From NCBI RefSeq assembly GCF_004010195.1, contig NC_057746.1:30220045-30263629 (forward strand): DNA of 43,585 bases, given 5' to 3'. The notes beneath the pieces are model-generated. The model did not search any database, had not been told where the DNA came from, and saw only the letters and a program-made list of their open reading frames with translations. This stretch comes from Chiloscyllium plagiosum. Lineage: Eukaryota. The translations under genes were made by a program, and so were the position numbers. Shown here in pieces: positions 33,890 to 43,585 of the stretch (position 1 is its first letter; each line of letters starts with the position of its first letter).

Positions 33890-36800
33890 GAGAAACCTGG
33901 GCAGATAATGTGTTGCAGCTGTAGTATGTGGGAACTGGTGATGCCAGTGTCACCCACAGTGACCATATCTGTAGCAAGTGTTGGCTAATCATAGAACTTT
34001 GACTCAGAGCTGATGAGCTGGAATTGAGCTGCTGATACTGTGAACCACCAGGGAAGGGGAGCAGTACCTGAACAGCTCTTAGTTTAACGACATCAAACGT
34101 AGTCCATGGTCAGGACCAGGGCAATGTGACTGTTATTGAGGCAGGTTTTGGGATCCAGAATTCAGCTTCACAGGAGCCTTTGCCAGTCCCTTGTCCCTAA
34201 GGTACAGTCTGAATGAGGGTACAGACTGAAGGGAGGGAAAGTGAACTGACCCCCCACCAGTCTGATGGGGGAAGAATAGAGAAATGTATGGTAATAGGGG
34301 ACTGACAGAGTTAGGGGAATAGATACTCTTCTCTGCAGCGATGACAGGATGTCCCATAGGCACTGTTGCCTGTCTGGTGCCAAGATTAAGGACATCTCTT
34401 CTGGGCTGGAGAATAATTTAATGTGGGAGGGGAAGGATCCAGTTAACATTGTCCACATACATACCAATTACATAGGCAGAACAAGGAAAGAGATTATGCT
34501 GAGAGATTATGAACAGCTCAGGGCAAAATTCAATAGAAAAACCACAAAGTTAATGATGTCCAGATTACAACCTGACATGTAAATTGCAATAATGTAAGCA
34601 AGAGTAGAGAGAGCTTAAATATTGGTGTGGAAGAAATGGGCACTGGGACCAGAAAATAATTTATTTTAAATCAATATTTAATATCAGTCTTCATGGTGGA
34701 GAACACTACAAAACATCCCAAAGATATCAGATCAGTTAGTTACTGATGAGAGAAAATGTCTCGTCACAATCTTTATCATGACAGCCAAAGTATTTGACAA
34801 ACCAATGGGACTAAAAGTAGGCAGATCACCAGGGCCTGATGGCCTGCATCCAGCAGTTTTAAAGGAAGTTACTGCAGAGACAGTGGGGGCATTAGTTAAA
34901 ATATTCCAGAATTCACTGGAATCCAGGGTGTTCCCAGCAGATTTGACTGAGTTTTTTGAAGAAGTAACAAAGAGGACTGATGACAGCAGAGTGGTAGATG
35001 TGATCTATATGGATTTCAGTAAAAATGTTCCACAAAATTCCCCATGGGAGATTGGTTAGCAAGGTTGGATCTCATGGAATACAGGGAGAACTAGCCATTT
35101 TGATACAGAACTGCTTCAAAGGTAAGAACAGAAGGGGGTGTTGGTGGAGGGTTGCTTTTCAGACTGGAGGCCTGTGACCAGTGGTGTGCCGCAAGGATCG
35201 GTGTTGGGTCCAGTACTTTTCATCATTTATATACATGATTTGGATGCGAGCATTAGAGGTATAGTTATTAATTTTCCAGATGACACCAAAATTGAGGTGT
35301 AGTGGACAGCAAAGAGGGTTACCTCAGATCTTGATCAAATGGGCCAATGGGATGAGGAGTGGCAGATGGAGTTCAATTTAGGTAAATGTGAGGTGCTGCA
35401 TTTTGGGAAAGGCAATCTTAGCAGGAAGTAGACACTTAATGGTAAGGTCCTCAGGTGTGTTGCTAAACAAAGAGACCTTGGAATACAGGTTCATAGTTCC
35501 TTGAAGTGAAGAAGGCGTTTGGTATGCTTTCCTTTATTGGTCAGAGTATTGAGTACAGGAGTTGGGAGGTCATGTTGCAACTGTACAGGACATTGGTGAG
35601 GCCACTGTTGGAATATTGCATGCAATTCTGGTCTCCTATCTATCGGAAAGATGTTGTGAAACTTGAAAGGGTTCAGAAAAGATTTACAAGGATGTTGCAA
35701 GGGTTGGAGGATTTGAGCTATTGGGAGAGGTTGACCAGGCTAGGGCTGTTTTCCCTGGAGCGTCGGAGGCTGAGGAGGGATATTGTAGAGGTTTATAAAA
35801 TCATGAGGGGCATGGATAGGATAAATAGTCAAAAGTGTTTCCCTGGGGTGGGGGTGTCCAGAACTAGAGGGCATAGGTTTAGGGTGAGAGATGAAAGATA
35901 TAAAAGAGACTTAAGGGGCAACTTTTCACGCAGAGGTTGGCACGTGTATGTAATGAGCTGCCAGGGGAAGTGGTGGAGGCTAGTACAATTGCAATATTTA
36001 AAAGGCATCTGAATGGGTATATGAATAGGAAGGGTTTGGAGGGATATGGGCCAGGTGCTGGCAGGTGGGTTTGAGATATCTTGTCGGCATGGACGAGTTG
36101 GACCGAAGGGTCTGCTTCCATGCTGTACATCTCAATGACTGTCTGACTCTACATGATAGTGCATTAAAGAAGGGAGGGAAACAGAAACCAGGAAACGATT
36201 GGTCAGTTAGTCTTTCATTCAGGAAATGCCATTGGTCAGGAAGAAATAGCAAAAGATTTAGAAAAGCTGAACATAATCAAACAGAGTCAACATGCTTTGT
36301 GCAAGAGAAATTACGCTTGACAAACTTTCGAGAGTTCTTTGACGATATAAAAACTAGAGTTGCTGAAGGGAACTGGTGAAAGGAGCTCACTTGGATTTCC
36401 AGAAGACATTTGATAAGGTCCTTGACTCTTGCACATGCTCAAGGTATTGGGGTAATGTATTAGCATGGATTAAGATTCAGTGATCACACAAAACACACAG
36501 TCAGATTTGATGAGTCTTTTTTAGGTTGGAACAAATTAATCAGTGGATTCCTACAAGCCCAAATTATTTACTGCCCATATTAATGACTCACGGGAAGAGA
36601 GACAGCATAATGAATCAAAATTTGCTGATGGTGACAAAATGATATGTTGTGATGAGGAAATAAGAAATCTCCAGGGGAATATCGATAGGTTTGATGAGTG
36701 GACTGAAACTTGGCAGATGGAGTTTAATGGAGCAAAATATAAGGTGATGCACTTTGGTAGGAACAATCAAAAAGGCAAACAATTACATAGATGGAAGGAG

Positions 36801-37760
36801 ACTCCATAGAAAAATGCCATGAAGAAGGATCTGGGTGTTCTTGTGCATGAAACACAAAAACGTTAAAATGGAGGTGCAGCAAGTAAATACAGCTAGATTG
36901 CTGGGTTCAGAGCAGAAAGCATGGCTCCAAGTTTACAACACTAGCTTTCAAAAGAAACATGAGAGAACAAATCCTCTTAAAAGCACATCTTGTAATAGCT
37001 CTAACTATGTCCCCTTGTTTGAGATTTCCCCACTATTGGAAACAACTCAACACATACCCAAATCAAGCCCCTGTCAAATTTTCCTTTCAGAAAGACTACC
37101 CCTAATTCTTCTAAACTCTCATGAGTAAACATATTTTCGTGTCTTTTTTTTAATTGGCGGTCGTATATTAGCGTGAATAGAGAATTGGCCAATTTAATAT
37201 TGGACAGAGAATTGGGATAAGGGGCCCATTTTCTGGATGGCAACCTGCAACTAATGGAGTGCCACAGAGGTCAATATTTGGGCCAAAATTATTCACGATA
37301 AATATAAATGATTTGGATGATGGAAGTGAATGTAATGTTCCAAGTTTGTGACTGATACGAAAATAGGTGAGAGTGAAGTGGATGACACAGAAACTACACA
37401 TGGATATAGACAGGGTTAGCGAGTGGACAAGATCTTGGCAGGTGGGATGTACAGGTCAACAGCCATATCTGCGGAACCGCTTTCCACAGATTCAGTTACC
37501 CGCAGTTTACCGTGGCCCAAACATATTATAGGGAACCTTCTGGAACCAGGGACCTGCCGGGAAGGTAAATTTCCCATTTAAATGAATGGGGTCGTACCTA
37601 TCCATGGTTTCAGGCTTCTGTGGTTGGTCTTGGAACATATACCCCGTAGGTATGGCAGGACTACTGTGATGTGGGGAAATATCAGTTTATACACCTTGGT
37701 TGGAAGAATAGAGAAACGGAATATTATTTAAATGGAGAAAAATTGCAAAGGGTCACACCA
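33890..37760 (+). mobile_element. Cluster of nested CR1 fragments; youngest piece ~34935-36150
   Basis: CCLSGAKIKD..VHIHTN; SPGPDGLHPAVLKE; YMDFSK; YRTLVRPLLEYCMQFWSP..TRGHRFR; KFADG..WQMEFN. Confidence 0.88.
37452..37666. mobile_element. Tigger/pogo-derived MITE (MER8-like) inserted in CR1
   Basis: TA|CAGG..GCCATATCTGCGG left end and CCGTAGGTATGGCAGGACTACTG right end form imperfect TIRs; CGCTTTCC..TTCAGTTACCCGC subterminal motif. Confidence 0.6.
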
Positions 37761-37774
37761 TAAATGAATTTGCT

Positions 37775-38360
37775 AGTCACAGAATCAGACAGCACAGACA
37801 TAGACCCTGCAGTCCAATTCAACAGCACTACATATACATCCAATCTGTCCTACTCCCATTTACTATCATTTGGTCCATATCCCTCTAAACCTTTCCTATT
37901 CATATCCCTGTCCAGATGTCTTTTAAATGTTGTAATTGTACCAGCCTCCACCACTTTCTCTAGCAGCTCATTCCATACTCACACCATGGACTCTCTCGCC
38001 TCAAATAATGCTGACCTTGCTAATGATGCTGTTGCCTACTGCGCACCCTGTACAATGTAACCTGTATGCCTCTGTCTACATCTTTCTACATCTATACGTC
38101 CTGTTTACTATGATCTGCCGGTAATGCTTGTAAAAAAAGCTTTTTACTGTACTTTGGTACACGAGACAATAAATACTTCAAGTCAAATAAAATCTCTGCA
38201 TTAAAAAGTTACCCCCAGATCATTTTTAAATCTTTCCCCTCTCACTTTACACCTATGCCCTCTAGTTTTGGCCTCTTCCACCACAAGAAAAAGACTTTGC
38301 CTATTTACCCTATCCATGCCCTTCCTGATTTTATAAATTCACCCTCCAGCCTCCAGGGGA
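37775..38360 (-). mobile_element. CR1 3' end interrupted by a Rex1-like 3' tail (~37985-38180, plus)
   Basis: CR1 tail wording; AAAGCTTTTTACTGTACTTTGGTACACGAGACAATAAA. Confidence 0.7.
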
Positions 38361-38511
38361 AACACAGCCCACCTCCTAACAACAAAAATCCCTGCACCTT
38401 CAAGTTGTCTGCCCTGACAGTGAACGGGATAACAATCTCTCAGGCCATTTTCCAGAGGACATGGCCCTTGCTCTTAATTTGATCTGTTTTGGATCCTGAG
38501 GGCAGTTTGAA

Positions 38512-38820
38512 CTAGATTAGATTACCTACAGTGTGAAACAGGCCCTTCGGCCCAACAAGTCCACACCGACCCACCACCCATCCAGACCCATTCCCCTACA
38601 TTTACCCCTTCACGTAACACTACGGGCAATTTAGCATGGCCAATTCACCTAACCTACACATTTTTGGACTGTGGGTGGAAGCCAGAGCACCCAGAGGAAA
38701 CCCACACAGACACAGGGAGAATGTACAAATTCCACACAGACAGTTGCCTGAGGCGGGAATTGAACCCGAGTCTCTGGTGGTGTGAGGCAGCAGTGCTAAC
38801 CACTATGTCACCGTGCCACC
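38512..38820 (-). mobile_element. HE1-type SINE
   Basis: (ATTAG)n tail, GCTAACCACTATGTCACCGTGCC head. Confidence 0.9.
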
Positions 38821-39184
38821 CACAAACTGGTCAGAGATGTTAACCACTCCGTACACTGACAGTGAGTCTAAGCAGGAGATAATGATGATGTCTATGTCCT
38901 GGGAGGTTTGTACCTCAGAGTCTCCACAATCTGAGATCATCCCCTCCACTTCTCACATACCCCCATCCTGGCTGATGGGATTCAGGAAAAAGGACAACAG
39001 AGGGATAGATCTGCTCGTGCTTCACAGAATGACAGAATGATGATGTTGTATAGGGAGGCCATATTGCCCATCATGCCTACACCAGCTCTTTAAAGACAAG
39101 ACTTAAACAAAGGAGCAATGTCGATGAAGAAATGCGGAACATTAACCTGCTTTAAAGGTTTGTTCCCCGAGATGTAAACACTCA

Positions 39185-39731
39185 ACTATCTCCAGGATTG
39201 AATTATTTCTCTTTAAATTGAAACCCCAGTGGGTCATGTTCTGTCTCCTGGCCCTCACTATGTTCCTCCTTTTTACTTCCGTCTCCCTTTCCAGTCTCTG
39301 TGTTTGACCCTGAGACTTTAATGTTGCAGATTGCCTCTCCCTCCTGTTCCCTTATACTGACAGGAGCCAGCTCCAGGCTCTGTTCAGCTGATCAGAGACA
39401 TTGGAGAAAGTTCTCATCTTTTCCCTGGACAGTCCCCAGCGGCTCCGCGTTCAACTCCTTGGATTTGATTGGGATCTTTCAGCGGGAATAATATCCACCC
39501 GATCTCACTGGGAATGACCCCTTCCTGAAATTAAAGAGGATTTGGGACTCACCTCTTATTTTCCCACAATCTGATCGAACATTTTCCGCCTTTTCCCGAC
39601 AGATGTGTAAAAAGTAAAGACGTTCACAACAGCAGCCCCTCCCTGAAAAACATTACTTTCGTTTTTGACTGAATTCACTCTTTGGGTTTTGCTCCGTCCT
39701 TCGGCCAAATGTGTAACTGCAGGGAAATTGC
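39185..39731 (-). promoter_or_regulatory. Promoter/non-coding exon-1 module, copy C (upstream side ends at a CR1)
   Basis: About 97% identical to copies A and B by eye. Donor at 39553, ISRE-like 39655-39665, kB-like 39722-39731 directly abutting CR1. Confidence 0.65.
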
Positions 39732-40045
39732 ACAGATCAGGTGAGGAGGGAATGGGATGCGGTCGTTCAAAACTAGGGAACACAGATTTAAGGTGAGAGG
39801 AGAAAGGTTTAAAAGCGACCTGAGGGGCAACCTTTTTACACAGGGCCTGGTTCACATATGGAATGAACTGCCAAAGGAAGTGTCAAACTCAGGTACAGTT
39901 ATCATATTTGGAAAGGTACATGAATAGGAAAGGTTTGGAGGGATATGGACCAAAAACAGGTCAATGGGAATGCTTCAGTTTGGGAAACATAGTTGGCATG
40001 GACAAGTTAGACTGAAGGCTCTGTTTCCACGCTGAATCACTCTAT
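39732..40045 (+). mobile_element. CR1 LINE 3' end
   Basis: AACTAGGGAACACAGATTTAAGGTGAGAGG..GGGCAACCTTTTTACACAG. Confidence 0.85.
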
Positions 40046-40136
40046 CCTTTCCCATTCCCCTCACATTTCTCCCTCCTCTCTCATCATCTTCCCTACTCCT
40101 CTCTACATTACCTCCCTTTCCATGCCCCTACTTTGT

Positions 40137-40652
40137 CATAGAGATGTACAGCACGGAAACAGACTGTTTGGTCTAACTCATCCATGCTGACCAGATATCC
40201 CAACCCAATCTAGTCGCACCTGCCAGCACCCGGCTCATATCCCTCCAAACCCTTCCTATTCATATACCCATCCAGATGCCTTTTAAATATTGCAATTGTA
40301 CTGACCTCCACCACTTCTTCTGGCAGTCCATGCCCCACGCACACACCACCCTCTGCGTGAAAACGTTGCCCCTTAGGATTCTTTTGTATCTTTCCTCTCT
40401 CTCACTCTAAACTTATGCCCTCTAGTTCTGGACTTCCCCACCCAAGGGAAAAGTTCATTCACCTTTTCATGCACCTTTTCAAGTTCATGCCCCTCATGAT
40501 TTTATAAATCTCTATAAGGTCACCCCTCAGCCTCTGACGCTCCAGGGAAAACAGACCTAGCCTATTTAGCCTTTCCCTATAGTTCAAATCCTCCAACCCT
40601 GGCAATGCCCTGTAAGTCTTTTTCGAACCCTTTCAAGTTTCACAACATTCTT
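40137..40652 (-). mobile_element. CR1 LINE 3' end
   Basis: CATAGAGATGTACAGCACGGAAACAG tail and body. Confidence 0.9.
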
Positions 40653-40654
40653 TT

Positions 40655-40965
40655 CTATCACTACTTTCCCTACTCTCCTCTATTCCCCTCCCACTTCTCT
40701 CCCCCTCACCTCTCCATCCCCCTCCTCTCTCAGCATCCTCCCCACTGTCATCTACCTATCCCATCCCTTCTCTACCCGCCCTCTCCTCTCTCACCATCCT
40801 CCCCAATATCCTCAATCTCACTTACCCTCTATCCTCTTCTCCTCCCTCAACATCCTCTTCATTCCCCTCTCCTTTCTCACCACCCTCTCATCAATATGCC
40901 TTTTCACTTCTCTCCCCTCCCTCCCCAGTTCTCTCTATCCTCCTTCCCTCCCAATCTCCAGTCCC
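40655..40965. repeat. Pyrimidine-rich low-complexity tract (continues 40045-40135)
   Basis: Strongly C/T-dominated on the plus strand. Confidence 0.85.
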
Positions 40966-43024
40966 TCTTGGTGTGGAATTGTTGAACTGAGGGCAAAAGC
41001 TGTAAAGTTTGAATTGAAAGATGAGGTTTGATTTCTCGAGCTTTCATTGAGCTTCACCATGTTGTGGTGATTCTATCAGAGTGACTGATGTGGTTTGGGT
41101 CCAGTCACTATGTTTACACTTCCTGCAAGTACTTGTTGGAAGATTGATTTAGTGAAGGCTTAGTAGGGTCTCGTCCTCAAACACATCAGAATTTTATTTA
41201 TTCATGTGTGGAATGTGGGTGTGACTGTCTGGCCAGTATTTATTACCCAGCCCTAGGGACAGGAGCAGCTCATTCAGCCCTGGAGCCTGTTCAATGAGAT
41301 CATGGATGATATGGGGTTTAAAAGACATATTAAAATCTCTCTCTTTAACAAAGCTTTTGGGAATTTGATCTCATATCCTTTGAGGTGGCTAAATATCATA
41401 TTTTGTCTTATAATGTTTCTGTAAATGCCTTGAGATGGTTTATTAAATTAAAGTTATGTCTGTTGGTATGAGTCAGTCACTAGGTTGAAGGAGTCTGTCA
41501 GTCAGTCAACTTTGAACATAAGTGGTAAATGTCAGGAACCTATAACAGTACTATACAGTTTAAAAATTGTCAACGTAAAGAGGTTATATCAGGATTAAAA
41601 TAAATTGTATGAGTTTTGGTGAGACTTGGCCCGCTGACACCCAAATCTTACATTTACATTCTGCACTTACCCTTTTGATAGGAGCTGTCAAAATGGCTGC
41701 CCATGTTGCTGAACCTTTAACTTACAGAATACAGCAACTGATTGCTGTGAGACTGGGGCATTGTCTGCCATGGTCAGACTGTTCTGAACAGTGAAGGACC
41801 TGTCAGAATGTAAGTACAGCTCTGCATTTATGAAGGTGCACTGATTGGAATCTCCTGTTAAAAATGGGAAGCTGTTTTCTTTACATTAAAAGGAATGAGT
41901 GGAATGGTAATCTGTGTTTGATTGCTTCTCCTCTAGACTTCTGACCCAGAGTTTAGTTTTGCAGATCCAGCAGTTAGTGGATGAAGCAGATATTCCCGAA
42001 ACTCCAGATACCTGAAATCCTGTTCTTGAGAATTTCTTGGTTAAACCTGAAGTAGTGGACTGTGACCAATTCTCAGGAATTTCAATCCAAGTTCGCTGGA
42101 GTCAAAACTGGACATTTATCATCAATCTGTTGCTGTCAGAAATTCAGCTTCATCAACAAGTAATTCAGCGGATATGAGAAGTCATCACATTTTATCTTTT
42201 GTATCCAGACATTCTGGACACAAATGTCTTTTCCCTTTTGTCCTTTTTTAAAAAACTATCATCTCTGAAGGCACTTGTCTTGGTTTTGCTGTGTCCTTGT
42301 GTGGGACTTAGGAAGTATAAGTTTAATTTCAGACCACAGCTTAGGTGCTAACCAGAGATTGTCACTTCCTTTTTTATTCACTTGTGGGACATGGGTGTCA
42401 CTGCCTGGACTAGCATTTATTGCCCATGCCTAGTTGCCCTTGAGAAGGTGGTGGATCCACCTACTGCAGTCCATACGCTGTAAGTAGACCCAGAACGTCT
42501 TTACAGAAATAACAGAAGAGAGTTCCAAAATTTTGAACCAGTGGAAGTGAAGGAATGGCAATATATTTTCAAGTCAAGAATATGTTTTGTTTGTAATGTA
42601 AGGGACGACATATTTTCCTTTTAGGGTACAAACTGGAGTGGAAGTCAGACATTGCTGTGTGCAAATTAAATGACTTCCATTGAAAGCTGTACTGGTCTCT
42701 GATACTTTTGGGACCAGAAAGGTTATTACATTGCTGAGATTAAGAGTTTGGATCAAAGAACAACTGCTTGACAACAGCCTTCTGATTGGTCCTGGTACAG
42801 GTTGTCATAGGAACGTGTGTAATGCAGCCAGGAGATATCCAAAGCCTTACCAAGGGAACAGCTGGTTCACTCTCCCTTTTCTGTGTGAGGCATCCTTAGC
42901 CCTGAAAAGAGAAACTCTCTCCCTCATCACTGAGAGACCTTCAAAAGCCTGCTGAAAAGAAACAGTGATCTTCCTTTGTTTGCTATGAGTGGAAAAGACA
43001 TTCCAGGACTTTGAAAAGGAAGAA

Positions 43025-43585
43025 CTGTACCGACTAAAGAAGGTGCAAAACTTGACCTACTCTTGAGAAATAAGGCAGGGCAGGTGACTGAGGTGTCAGT
43101 GGGGGTGCACCTTGGGGCCAGCGACCATAATTCTATTAGTTTTTAAATAGTGATGGAAAAGGATAGACCAGATCTAAAAGTTGAAGTTCTAAATTGGAGA
43201 AAGGCCAATTTTGACAATATTAGGCAAGAACTTTCGAAAGCTGATTGGAGGCAGATGTTCGCAGGTAAAGGGACGGCTGGAAAATGGGAAGCCTCCAGAA
43301 ATGAGATAACAAGAATCCAGAGAAAGTATATTCCAGTCAGGGTGAAAGGGAAGGCTGGTTGGTATAGGGAATGCTGGATGACTAAACAAATTGAGGGTTT
43401 GGTTAAGAAAAAGAAGGAAGCATATGTCAGGTATAGACAGGATAGATCGAGTGAATCCTTAGAAGAGTATAAAGAAAGTAGGAGTATACTTAAGAAGGAA
43501 ATCAGGAGGGCAAAACGGGGACATGAGATAGCTTTGGTAAATAGAATTAAGGAGAATCCAAAGGGTTTTTACAAATATATTAAGG
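43025..43585 (+). mobile_element. CR1 ORF2 fragment (endonuclease end and linker) running off the window
   Basis: PTKEGAKLDLLL..SDHNSI..LNWRKANF..IRRAKRGHE..IKENPKGFYKYI. Confidence 0.9.

Noticed and set aside
41530-43020. Possible LTR fragments (also 5620-5968 and 22880-22980)
   Set aside because: Only compositional resemblance; no paired ends or TSD could be defined

Overview
This is a repeat-dense stretch of vertebrate genomic DNA, not prokaryotic. HE1-type SINEs, abundant CR1 LINEs and Penelope-derived short repeats point to a cartilaginous fish, probably a bamboo/epaulette-type shark (inference). There are three assembly gaps (14577-15076, 31084-31364, 31944-32443). The only host gene I can support is the 5' half of a minus-strand butyrophilin/MOG-like (B7-family) gene: a putative non-coding first exon (donor at 22317), a signal-peptide exon (21519-21432, MEGVHLILLLLIGIPCTAY) and a 348-nt IgV exon (17820-17473). 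I find no IgC, TM or B30.2 exon. Its ~570-bp promoter/exon-1 module carries ISRE-like and kB-like motifs and a short uORF. The module occurs three times (8101, 21949, 39185) at roughly 97-98% identity inside much more diverged flanks, and two copies have no coding exons of their own nearby. The rest is mostly decayed CR1, HE1, Rex1/Babar, Tx1 and L1 elements, a probable solo LTR, Penelope-derived repeats with minimal hammerhead-ribozyme motifs, a Tigger-like MITE and a 42-bp minisatellite with higher-order structure. Repeat boundaries are estimated by eye.
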